64,000 nt of DNA from Euprymna scolopes (Eukaryota). The first letter of the stretch is position 1. Each line of letters opens with the position of its first letter. Under the pieces are notes generated by a model. The model saw nothing but the letters and a program-made list of their open reading frames with translations, made no database searches and had not been told where the DNA came from. The stretch lies in the NCBI GenBank assembly GCA_053919585.1, contig CM132790.1; one strand, given 5' to 3'. Below, piece after piece: positions 52,679 to 64,000 of the stretch. A program made the position numbers and the translations under genes.

Positions 52679-53602
52679 GAGGTGCCTTAAATAAGTTTCC
52701 AGATATTTTTCGGGTAGTCACTTTTATTGCTAGTACATACATTAAACTCTAGTCACCCACGAAGTAATCTCCTCTGGTTGCAATGCACTTGTTGTACCGT
52801 TCAAACAACTTTTGTAAGACCCCAAGGAAGTCCTCTTGTGGGAACGTATCAATGAGCCTTGTCACAGCCACTTTCATCTCTTTGATCGTTTTTTATCGAC
52901 AGCCTCTATGGTTTTCCTTGTGCTTAGGGAATAATCAAAAATCACCGAGGACAAAGTCTGAACTATATGTAGGGTTGGTAACTGTTTTGGTACCTATATT
53001 TGTCAAACAATCTCTGACAAAGATAGAGCACCTTTGGGATAAACTTTGCTTAAATCTTCCACATCTTTAGTTCCTCGTCAATAATGGTGATTATAGTTCT
53101 CACACTGGCATACGACTGTGCTCTTATTGACACACGACGGCCCTTATCTATAAATCCTTATATGGGCAATCCACACTTGTGTTCTGACTTCCTTACTCCT
53201 CCCACACTTCTTATCATCCCTCACTGACTTACTGACTTCCTTGAATCTCTTGTGCGACTCAGAAACCGATGCTCGATTCATGTAAGATGGTCTTATAGCA
53301 GTTTGCATCATTCCATGCGTTTCCTTGGCATTTTTCCAAGATTAACCCGAATTTATTGCATATCGTTCTTCTAACGTGTCCTCACGTCCAGATTGTATTT
53401 TGGAAATTCAGCAGCTGTTACAATCAGGCTTTAGTATGGTACATTTCAATTCCTGCTGTAGTTGTTCATTTGAACTTGAAATCACAAAAATTCGTCATTC
53501 ATCTCATAAGATGAATAGCATACTGAATTTTCAAGAAGTCTAGAATGAATTTATTTCCTGTAAAAAAAATATAAAACTCTGGAAACGTATTTTAGGCACC
53601 TC
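52679..53602 (-). mobile_element. Internally deleted mariner with both TIRs
   Basis: TIRs gaggtgccttaaataagtttccaga / tctggaaacgtattttaggcacctc; transposase remnants on the - strand. Confidence 0.85.
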
Positions 53603-54781
53603 ACATATCAATCCGATATTTTATTGGTTTCAAAAAATCTGAAAATGTAACAAGGCATATAAAACGATGGAATATAATAGTTATCTATAAACAAGCTGAA
53701 TGTTTGTTCAAGACAATTTTAAACCTGGCGAAGGTAGACATCATAATGTTCTCCCCTGGTAGCAGGTAATGTCAGGGAGCAGAAACGCAAAATGGTTCCC
53801 CTTTCTTCTGTTGGGACGAAAGAGACTATGGTTCTGTATTTACTTTAATAATGCTTGATACAATAGTCGAATCTTGCTGTAGTTGGAAATATACTTATCG
53901 CAAGCAGGAAATATGTGGTGAAAATAACCAGGATGGGAATAGAAATCAAAATAAAGAGGCAGATAATACATATGAACTGAATAGAAATAACTTTCGCTTC
54001 ATTTTCAAATGCTGAATTTACATAAATATATTAGGTTTGTCATTATACGATACAAATACATAAACAGTATCTCAAATGATAGATTTGATCGATTGGCGAT
54101 CACTACCAGCGAATCATATACGCTTTCCACATCCAGTAAAATATCACACGTCTCGCGTTTTCTTTACATTTTGTTGTTATCTTTGTTTGGTATTATTATC
54201 ATGCTTGCATTTCTTCTTTCTTTTCTGTTTCTATCCTCGTTTCTCATATTTGAAGCAAGCGCACGAAGCGGCCTACTCGACGGTAAATGAGTAGTAAATG
54301 CTGCTGAAGGAAAACATCTGTTGAGAGACAGCCAATCTTGCCTGTCTTCCAGTTTGCGAAACACTTCAGCGAACGCCACAATGGAATGCTCGCTGTCCTC
54401 ATTACAACCGCCATCAATGTAACGCGAAACTCGGCGCACGCTTCACTTAAATAAAAAAAATATTCTCAACCGTTACTTTATATTTACTTTCTTTTTTTCA
54501 TTTCTATCTCGCGAGGGCGCTCTCTTTTACNNNNNNNNNNNNNNNNNNNNNNNNNNNNNNNNNNNNNNNNNNNNNNNNNNNNNNNNNNNNNNNNNNNNNN
54601 NNNNNNNNNNNNNNNNNNNNNNNNNNNNNNNNNNNNNNNNNNNNNNNNNNNNNNNNNNNNNNNNNNNNNNNNNNNNNNNNNNNNNNNNNNGTAATCTCAC
54701 CATACAACACCGTTTGATTTACTCCCAAAAAAGAGATTTAAAAATTATTGCGTCGGTGTAAAATGGAAAAAGAATTTTTTT

Positions 54782-54834
<53 letters not shown>

Positions 54835-54872
54835 CGGGTTCTGGTCCTGGCTTGAGGTAGTTGCCTGTCTAG

Positions 54873-54916
54873 CCGCACTAATGAGCTTTGGTACAGCGAA
54901 ACAGTACTGTATATGG
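54873..54916 (+). ncRNA. Type I hammerhead with G5A core change
   Basis: ccgca-CTAATGA-gct(ttggtac)agc-GAA-acagtactgt-A-tatgg; palindromic stem III. Confidence 0.6.
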
Positions 54917-54918
54917 AT

Positions 54919-54971
<53 letters not shown>

Positions 54972-55137
54972 CCTCCGTTCAACTTAGAAATGCAACGGAT
55001 ACTCTCTGTTAGGATAGCTGCATGTGTAATTGTGAGGCAAGGGTTGCGCATTCTTCAACTTCACTTCTGCTGAATGGGCACTGGTTGAGTTCAATGACAA
55101 GAAGTACTAGAAGTCTGGAACCAATGCCACGATTAGC

Positions 55138-55186
<49 letters not shown>

Positions 55187-55299
55187 GTATATATATATAT
55201 GTAGCTAAATTTATATGTATATTATGCTACATATGTATATATGTAGCATATGTATACATATGTAGCATATATCTATCTCTATATATATAAATATATATA

Positions 55300-56252
55300 T
55301 ATGGTGACTGCCACTTCTTTACAGAAGACGGCCAACCCTCACGATACGATGGCGTGTGAGTGAGTCCGCATATGATTCCACATAGCCCCACCCGGCCTGC
55401 ACAGTTTGCCGCATATTCTGCAAGATAACCTTGTTGGTGACCACCCCCCTCCCTCCCGTGCTCCCAGTTCATGTCCCGCGTGTGTAGTTCCATGACTCTT
55501 GAGGCCTGCCTTTGACAGGCACACCCTGCCGCATATCCCGCACGAGTACGCGGGGTCGAGATCAAAGTCCTCTGTATCCTCTCGCTTTCGTAAGGCTCGC
55601 TTTATAGTGGCGTGCTCAACTCTCAAAACCTCAAAATTCTCACATCCCGCGTAGACGTAGCGCCTCCAACTTTCCCGGTCTTCAGCCATCTCTTCCCACC
55701 TTGTTATTTCTATGCCAAGTGCCCGCAGGTTTCCCTTAACTACATCTTTGTACCTTTTCCGAGGTTTGTGATTGGGTCGTTTGCCACATTCAAGCTCCCC
55801 ATAGAACAATTGCTTAGGTATCCTATAATCCTCCATTCTCACTACGTGACCCGCCCATCGAGTCTGGTTTCTAAAGACTCGAGCCTCTATGCTGAATGTG
55901 CTCGCCTTCTTGAGCACCTCTTCATCGGACAAGAGAGCTTGTTTGGTGACATTAAATATCCTGCGTAGGCATGTCTGGTGGAATCTTTCCAGAGCCTTGA
56001 TATGACAGCGATATGTCGTCCATGTTTCCGAGCCATATAGGAGGACAGGTAGTACACAAGTCTCGTATACCTTTATCTTTGTTTTGAAGGTCAGGGCTCT
56101 ATCTGCCCACACTCGTTTTTCGAGATTACCAAAGGCCTTACTTGCCTTATTGATCCTTCCTAAGATTTCCTTATCGAGGGTTCCGTCGCTCGATATAGTA
56201 CTGCCAAGATATACAAAGTCATCAACGGTGCCCAGTTTCGTTCCATTTACAC

Positions 56253-56255
<3 letters not shown>
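55300..56255 (-). mobile_element. 5'-truncated RTE-clade LINE (RT thumb + two C2H2 fingers), reading frame open
   Basis: FVYLGS, VLLYGSETWT, RWAGHV.RMEDYRIPKQLFYGEL; CGIC..H..H and CRIC..H..H; tail runs into (TA)n. Confidence 0.92.
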
Positions 56256-56311
<56 letters not shown>

Positions 56312-56317
<6 letters not shown>

Positions 56318-57804
56318 ATGCAATAATTATCCGATACAAAGCAAAGCGTTGATTTATTTTTATTACACGAAAACAAAAACAGTTACAAAGTGCTATTCTA
56401 ATGTGTTTTTGTATGATAAATAAAGATTTTCTTATCAAAAATCTGATATAATTACGCATTCCCTAGATGATTACATAAATGCCATATCTAAAGTTTAAAA
56501 AAATATCCAACACAAAGAAAAAATATGTATTAGTTTTTTAGTAGTATGACCCTTATTCGCCATAACAGCTTCCAAACGTAACAAATGTTAACTGGAATTT
56601 CATCCCACTTATCTTGGTAAATTCGTTTAAGTTCTGTCATATTCCTCGAATCTCTCTTTTATACCATCAACTTCAACTCTCGCTACAGGTCTTTAATTGG
56701 GTTGAGATCAGGTGATTGGCTTGGCTATCCTAATACCTTTATTTACTTCTCCCGAAACCAGGCAGTAGTTTTTCCTGCTGGAATATCCAACCATTAGGCA
56801 ACTTCGAGAGATTATCGTGAAATATAGCCCGATGCAGATGAGAATTCACTTTCTCTTCTATGATGTGAATTTTTCCAGGGATGGCTGAAAGGGAACTACC
56901 CTAAATCATTATACTTCTACCTCAAAACTTCACTGTAGGGATGGTATTCTTTGGGTCAAACGCTGAGTTCTTCTGTCTCCAGACATGACTTACATTATTT
57001 CGACCAAATAATTCAGTTTTCGTTTCGTCTGACCATAATATTTTATCCCAAAACCTTGAAGGTTTCTCCAAATGTTCTTTGGAAATTTGGAAAATTGTAG
57101 ACGGTTCTTGATAGGAATTGGCTTTAACAAAGGAGTTTTTCTTGGTTGCCGCGATTGGAATCCTTGCTTTCGAAGAACTGTCCTGATTGTATTCTTGCAT
57201 ACACGTATCCAAGATTCTTCTGATGTATTCTGGAGTTCAGAACGAGTTATTCGTGGATTTTTCTTCATTACACGGACCAAAAGTCGAGCCATACGGTTAG
57301 AAATCTTGGAACGACGCCCTGAACGTAGCAGATTTGAAGTGTACTGGTATGACTTCCATCTATGAATCGTGTCACCGACGGTCGAAATTGAGATATTCAA
57401 TATTGTTGAAATTTTTCTATGCCCTTAACTATCCATGCGTAGCTGAACAATTAATTTTCCTGACTTTTCTCTAGTTTTAGACATTGTATAAAGAGTATGA
57501 CTACAATGAGCAAAATAAATAATACGTTGTCAAGAGTTATCTGGATTTACGTACATCTCTGAACCATTACATCACAAATATTTGGCTAATTAAAACGATT
57601 TCCTTTGTGTTGAATACTTTTTGAACCTTAGATATGACATTTATGTAATTATCTAGTGAATGCATAATTATATAAGATTTTTTATACGAGATTTGTGTTT
57701 ATCATACAAAAATACATTAGAAAAGCACTTTATTATTGTTTTTGTTTTCGTGTTATAAAAATGAATCAACTTTTGGCTTTGTATCGGATAATTATTGCAT
57801 CCAC

Positions 57805-57806
<2 letters not shown>
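56312..57806 (-). mobile_element. Tc1 (DD34E) transposon with ~210-bp TIRs, inserted in (TA)n
   Basis: Long TIRs starting (c/t)agtg.atgcaataattatccgataca; transposase from ATG ~57484 with RSGRRSKIS, ILWSDETK, PTVKF and SQSPDLNPI; disabled. Confidence 0.93.
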
Positions 57807-57862
<56 letters not shown>

Positions 57863-57869
<7 letters not shown>

Positions 57870-58338
57870 AAACAGTTAATAAAATATGTTACAAAAACAC
57901 TTTGAAATGAGTTAAAAACATATTTAATCTGAAAAGGAAACACTAGATAAATTGATTGTCCTTAATCCGCGGAGTTTCAAAGTTTTAACTTTCTTGAAGT
58001 TTTACATTTGGATTTTACCGTCACTGGATTTTTTATCTTCCACCAGACTATCAATTCATGTGTAATCACCTTTTCCTTCACCATATTCCCTCTGCTTAAC
58101 TTTTTTTTTGTTTTCAAGTAAGATCTTTGACTTACTAGTTGTTTCATCAAATAGTTCTGCATGAAAAATCCGATCACGCATTTTGCTAATTCCTGCCCTC
58201 TGATGAGAAGGAAATTATTTCTTCGAAACTCCGCGGATTAAGGACTATCCATTTATCTAGTGTTTCCTTTTCAGATTAAATATGTTTTTAAGTCATTTCA
58301 AAGTGTTTTTAACATATTTTATTAACTGTTTTGCTCAT
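57863..58338. repeat. ~120-bp inverted repeat pair (inverted pLTR-like)
   Basis: 57863-57982 is the reverse complement of 58221-58338. Confidence 0.85.
58195..58245 (+). ncRNA. Type I hammerhead ribozyme (stem III mismatch variant)
   Basis: gccct-CTGATGA-gaag(gaaattattt)cttc-GAAA-c-tccgcgga-tTA-aggac. Confidence 0.7.
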
Positions 58339-58505
58339 ATTATTTTGTTAACTGTTTGCTCATATTATGAGCTTTATTTCCTATTTGGTTTTATCGATCT
58401 TTTACATCTGGCTGAGATAATTTTATAAATATTAATTCTTTAATATTTATAATATACTTTAATTTTACCACCTTGGATCATTTTGGTAAATTTAATTGTA
58501 ATTTT

Positions 58506-58577
<72 letters not shown>

Positions 58578-58702
58578 TGCAGGTACACTTAATACCGCGG
58601 GGAGATGAATGCCTCTTCCTCTCATAGTTTCAGGTCATCTTGAGCCAAGTGTAATACCTGTTAGCTTCCCTCACAAACTATGGAGGGTTACTATACTTTG
58701 AG

Positions 58703-58768
<66 letters not shown>

Positions 58769-58770
<2 letters not shown>

Positions 58771-58800
58771 TAGAATTTCGGCGCGGCTTTGCTCGCGCCC
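58769..58800 (-). mobile_element. Helitron 3' terminus (GC hairpin + CTAG|T)
   Basis: - strand reads ggcgcg-agcaaagc-cgcgcc-gaaatt-CTAG-t. Confidence 0.5.
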
Positions 58801-60354
58801 TATGTATTGTTCATAACTGTAGGTGCATATGTATATATATTAAAAAGTGAGACTCATGTCCTGTAAACCTACATCTAAAACTTCAAGTGTTTTTCGATGT
58901 CCTAGAACGTAAAAGACCTGAGTGCAAAACAGTTATTGTCGCAAGAGAGCTCGCTAGTTACAGCATAGACATTGCGGCATTGTCTGAAACACGCATGATT
59001 AATTGGTGGAAGTTGGTTCGTGATACTCTTTTTGTTGAAGTGGGTCCAGTATACTGCTTTTTATGAGAAAGAAACGCAATCGAGGTTAAAGCGAGAAGGT
59101 AGGATTGGCTGTACACTGAGGTCCGATTATCATGATTTGGTCACTTACACAACCGAGCTGTGTAAATGACAGAATCATGATAATGCGTCTTGTACACAGT
59201 CGGTAAATGATGATTTTATCTGTATATGCCCCTTCCATGGTTCATTACGAAGACAGCATCACAACGTTTTACCGCGATCTCAGCCGTGCTGTCTCTTCTA
59301 TTCCCTCATCTGAAAGGATCTCTCTCATGGGCCATTTAAATGAAGGGTGGGTAAAGATTACCATATCTGGGACTCCCTCAGCCAGTTAGGTGTTAGTTAG
59401 GTCAACAGTAATGGTCTTCTCCATCTATGCACTCAATTTGACCTTGCAGTTACATTTTTTCAGTGTTAAAGAAGGCCAACTAAGGTCACTTGATTGATTA
59501 CATTATTTCCAGGAGGGCAGACTTGCAAGCTTTTTGTAGTGTGCGTTTCATGCGTGGAGCGTAATGCAGCACATCGCATTTTAGTATGGGAGAAGCTGAA
59601 ATCTGTATAATGAGGAAGTGTAGATCAGGTTGAGTTAAGATTCCCAAGCGGGTAGACGTATCCAACCTAAATGATCTGTACGTGAAAAACTTCGATCCGT
59701 AATTAATTCTACTGTTGTCAATGGATCGATGTTTCATTTTTAAAATAAACTCTATGATTCAAGTGTAGATCTTCTTGACTTCCGCAGATCTAAACATCAG
59801 AATTTGTTTGATGATAATTACTCTGAAATAACTCTAATGTGCTAAAAGTGAGTTGTATCATAAAATGTTTTCTGCTTCTCATGAAAATCGAGAATCACTT
59901 CAACAGTTACAATATACAAACGTAATGCCTTCTCCAAAGATAACTCCATTAAATTAAAAATCACTGGTGGACTAAACTCTCCAGTCGAATTCAGATGTCT
60001 TCGATCGTAAAGACTCAAAGTGCATGCACCATTTGTTAAAAAGAAAAGCCTTTGTCCTCAAGAATTATCAGTATTTCCCCTACTCCTACACAGAAGCTTA
60101 TTCATGAAATGTTTGAGTTCCCATCTGAGAACGAAATTAGAGATGCAATCAAGGAAGTAAATATTGGGAAGAGCCCACGGCTTGATGGTAATCCTCTGAA
60201 AGTCTTCTTACGTGAGGTGATAAGCTTGTTCATAAAATTATTCATCGTATTACTGATGTCTGGGAGAGTGTTCCCGTCCATCAGGAGGGGGTTGATGTAA
60301 TTCTTATATCATTGGATAACACAAGGGAAGGACATAGGTGGATAGTTATCGGTG

Positions 60355-60940
60355 GATAGTTATTTAATTAATTGCAATTAATTGAAATGAGTATTTTTTT
60401 ATTTATTATTTAGTTATTTATTACTGACTCTTATCCTCATTTCTTTTAATTGTTGTTTTACCACGTTTCAGTGTACTATTCCTCTGGTCTTCATTAGATT
60501 GTAACCTCGACCGGATAGGAGCTCCGAATCTCCTAACTACATCCTCAGTAATTACTGCCTTCAATATTTGTTATCACCTAAATAACAACTAAAAGATGAG
60601 GATAATAGTCCGTAATAAATAAATTAATAAATAATACACATTATTCATCTCAGTAATGAATTCCAATTAATTGATAATATACCATTCGGTACGGACCTGA
60701 CAATGAAAGATCAGATAATAAATAAACGTGGATTTATAAGACCAAAAAACCTTGATCGCCCCTTTGGGGCCTGTGGCGCAGTGGATAGAGACGATGAGTT
60801 TCTAGGGTTCCAGATGAGCATTGTCCGAAGATGTGGTTTTAATCCTCCCCAAACCAGCCAGAGACTTAGTTAGCCAAAACGTGGTGAGACGACAACAACT
60901 ATGGAAGGCAGTAATTATTGAGGATGAAGTTTCTATTCAA
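60355..60940. mobile_element. Composite insertion of short repeats (decayed hammerheads, inverted segments, tRNA-derived head)
   Basis: Decayed HHR on the - strand at 60460-60498. 60385-60460 is inverted relative to 60580-60655, and 60536-60570 relative to 60885-60930. Confidence 0.55.
60766..60850 (+). pseudogene. tRNA-Arg(TCT)-like pseudogene/SINE head, intron apparently retained
   Basis: A box TGGCGCAGTGG, anticodon context tttcta, extra segment after the anticodon, B box GGTTTTAATCC. Confidence 0.45.
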
Positions 60941-62755
60941 TAGGTTGGTAAAGTATATTTCTCTCTTATTCTAGAAAGTCAAAGTGGCTTTCGTCTTGGG
61001 AGGAGAAATGCAGTGAACACCGTATTCCATTTTGTCAGGTTTTTGTTGATCTAGCCAAGGCAATGGACACGATGAACAGAAATGCCCTATGGTAATTCTA
61101 GGTAGGTTAAGATGTCCGTCTCAATTTCTACGGTTACTCGGTGAGCTCCACACTAGTATGAAGGCTCGCCTAAACTTCAATTGATGTCTATCAGATACCA
61201 TATCAGTAGACAATGACGTATAGCAGGTTGATATAACAGCACCTTCACTTTTTAAAAAATTATTTAGCAACTATGCTTTCCCATGCCTTTAAAGCTTGTT
61301 TTCTGGATGTTTGTTTACGTTTCAGAACTAAGGTAAAATCTCTGATTGTTGTTTTGATGCTTCTACAAGAATCTTTCAGCACCTGGTTCGGGAATTGCTC
61401 TATGCAGATGATGCTGATCTTGTGGTCCATAGTAAGGAAGCTATGCAGAGTATCATGGATTTGTTTTCACGGGCCTGTAGATCTTTTGGGCTTACTATCA
61501 CCTTAAAAAAGCTAAGGTCATATTCACGCCTCCATCTTGTAGTTTGTACATAGACCAAAATATTTTTGTCAACAACAGGCTTGCTGTGGTTTAAATCTTC
61601 GTGTATTTCAGTAGCACTTGTTAGAGATGGAACCCTGGATACTGAGGTTAACTACAGGATACAGCATGCCACTAAAGCTTTTGGTAGCTTAGAGACGTGG
61701 ATATGGTCTGGCAGGTATAGCCCTTTGTACAAGATTTGTGTCTATCAATCATGTATATTACTATCCTTATTTAACTCTTTTGAAGTCTCGACATCTTATG
61801 GTAGACATATAAAGGTCATGGGGAAAGTACACCATAAATCTCTAAGACACATTCTGGGCATCAAGTTGAACTCTTTTACACCTAATAAGGATGTTCTCAT
61901 GCGAGCTGACGTACCATGCATTGAAAATGTTATTATACGTAAGTAGATGAGATGGGCTGGACATCTATCTAGGAGGGATGATTAGAGGATATCCAAGTGC
62001 TAGTTTTATGGCGAAATTATACAAGAAACGAACAACACAAACCAAAGGAACGCTTCAAGGGCAACATCACGTGTAATCTAAAAGCTCTCGGTATTGACGT
62101 GTCTAGCTGGGAGGGTTTGTCCAGTGATCGTAGAAAGTGGCGCTCCATGGTTTATCATGGCTCTGATTGTTTCGAGAAGAAAAAGTTGACTGTGCAAAAA
62201 TTAAACGTGATATCCGGAACAAACATCTATCAGTTCTGTCAGAGTCTTTCGTGACGAACAACGTTTGTGATTTATGCGGTAAAATTACAATATCTGAGGC
62301 CGGTCTAGCTAGTAATAAGCGATGACATGGAAATCAGTCTTTCTTGGACGGAGAAAATACGGTCGAGGACAGATGTTATGTTTGCTCTATGGTCTGCAAA
62401 TCAAGCGGCGGTCTGAAGCGTCATATGAAGGTCCACAGTAAAACAGTACCAGTCAGCATCCCTGAATCTCAGCATAAGTGCGACCTCTGCAACAAAATGT
62501 GTAAAAGCAGAGCTGGCCTGAACAGTCACCTTCGTTCTCACAGAAGATAGAAACTGCACTTTGATCACATCTCCACATGTATATATGTATATGTGTATAA
62601 ATCTATAAAATAAAAAATTAAATAATAAAATAAAATATTATAAAATGAATAAAATAAAATAACAAAAATATTTTTAAAAGACATGGAAATGGATAAATAA
62701 TCTACAATAAAGAAAAGGAAAGATAGCCTACTTCTCTCAAGACGTGACAATCACC

Positions 62756-62821
<66 letters not shown>

Positions 62822-62997
62822 TAAAACGTACCAGCATTTTTCCGATTCTGATGCACTTACCGATTCCGTTATAAATTCCACATTCCGATACAATTACTGA
62901 TTCGTTTTGAATTTGCAAATATAGTGTCGTTATGTACAGGGGGTCGATTGATGTTAAAAATATGTAAGATATGCATATATTTTCGCAAACGTAATAT

Positions 62998-63025
62998 ACT
63001 AGCATGCAGTCCGGCATTGCCCGGT
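62998..63025 (-). mobile_element. Helitron 3' terminus
   Basis: - strand reads ccgggcaatgccgg-actgcatg-CTAG-t. Confidence 0.4.
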
Positions 63026-63149
63026 AGTACAATAATCTTAAACTCGCAAAACCACCAGAGAAGTTGATGTTGAACTCGAGGTCGACCATTTAACAGTCGT
63101 CCCCCATTTAAAGAAAATAGAGAAGTCAAAGTTAGAGAAATAGGCGCCC

Positions 63150-63876
63150 CATGAATTGAACAATAATTAAAATATCGTAGTTTTAATGTGTCTTCTACGC
63201 TCCTACTGCGCAACAAAAACGACCAATTCTTCCAGTGGATTGTAATGTGTGATGAGATGTGGGTCCTCTATGACAACCAGCGACGTTCGGCACAGTGGTT
63301 GGATGCCGGAAAAGCTCCACAACGCTTCCCAAAGCCGAATTGCACCAAAAAATAAAGATTATGGTGACTGTTTGGTGGTCTGCAGCCGTTCTCATTCATT
63401 ATAGCTACTTGAATCCGGGAGAAATATTATGGCTGAGAAGTACTTCCGACAATTTGACAAAATGCACAAAAGCTTCAACGTATGTGCCCGAGATTGGTCA
63501 ATATGAAGGAATCAATTTGCACATTGCTCAACTGACCGTGCAGAAGCTGAGGGAATTGGGATACGAGACTCTGCCTCATCCGCCATATTCACTGGGCTGT
63601 TTGCCCACCAATTATTACTTTTTCAAGTATCTCGATAACTTCCTACGCCAAAATTGCTTTAAAAACAGAGATGATGCAGAATCGGTATTCAATGACTTGA
63701 TCGCTTCCAGAACTCCAGATTTCTATGCTAATTAGATAAATAAACATGTTTCTCGTTGGCAAAAATGTGTTGATTCTAATTGTTTCTATTTCAATTAATA
63801 AAGTTTATTATGAAAGGATTCATAATTTTTTTTTAAGTTGAACGCCAAAAATGACATTATTTTTGCACCAACCTAA
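63150..63876 (+). mobile_element. mariner (Hsmar1/cecropia-like), 5'-truncated
   Basis: IVMCDEMWVLYDN, MVTVWWSAA, HPPYS..LPT.YYFF; right TIR ttatttttgcaccaacctaa|TA. Confidence 0.9.
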
Positions 63877-64000
63877 TATGTAGTACAGAAATACTCTATA
63901 TAGAAAGTTTATCAACAAAACTAATTTGTGACAAGTTAACGAACTTATGAAATTCGATTAAATTTCAAATTAAACATTGTAAACACATAATATTCTCCGG

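Larger units (their letters stand above)
58850..62760 (+). mobile_element. Heavily decayed near full-length RTE-clade LINE with three C-terminal C2H2 fingers
   Basis: ARELASYSIDIAALSETR, SVYAP, ESQSGFR, LLYADD, MRWAGH; fingers CDLC, CYVC, CDLC. Interrupted at ~60355-60940. Confidence 0.88.

Noticed and set aside
62344-62550. C2H2 zinc-finger ORF as a host transcription factor gene
   Set aside because: It is collinear with upstream RTE RT remnants and followed by the RTE tail, and it lacks TGEKP linkers.

Overview
AT-rich, gap-containing (N-run) eukaryotic genomic DNA, apparently from an invertebrate animal. It consists almost entirely of transposon relics, microsatellites and tandem arrays, and no intact host protein-coding gene can be supported. 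Contents: three RTE-clade LINEs, one full-length with a 10-bp TSD; at least nine copies or fragments of CR1/L2/Jockey-group APE-RT LINEs; several Penelope-like (RT + GIY-YIG) remnants; mariner and Tc1 DNA transposons; a Helitron/Helentron PIF1-helicase fragment with non-autonomous Helitron ends; foldback MITE-like palindromes; and satellites. The strongest signals are at the RNA level. There is an HDV-like ribozyme fold at the 5' end of the full-length RTE, and several type I hammerhead ribozymes (two with intact cores, one with a stem III mismatch, others decayed). There is also a 242-bp TSD-flanked retroposon whose head is the U2 snRNA branch-point-recognition region, with a second related U2-like fragment elsewhere in the window. 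All calls come from manual reading, and boundaries of decayed elements are approximate.
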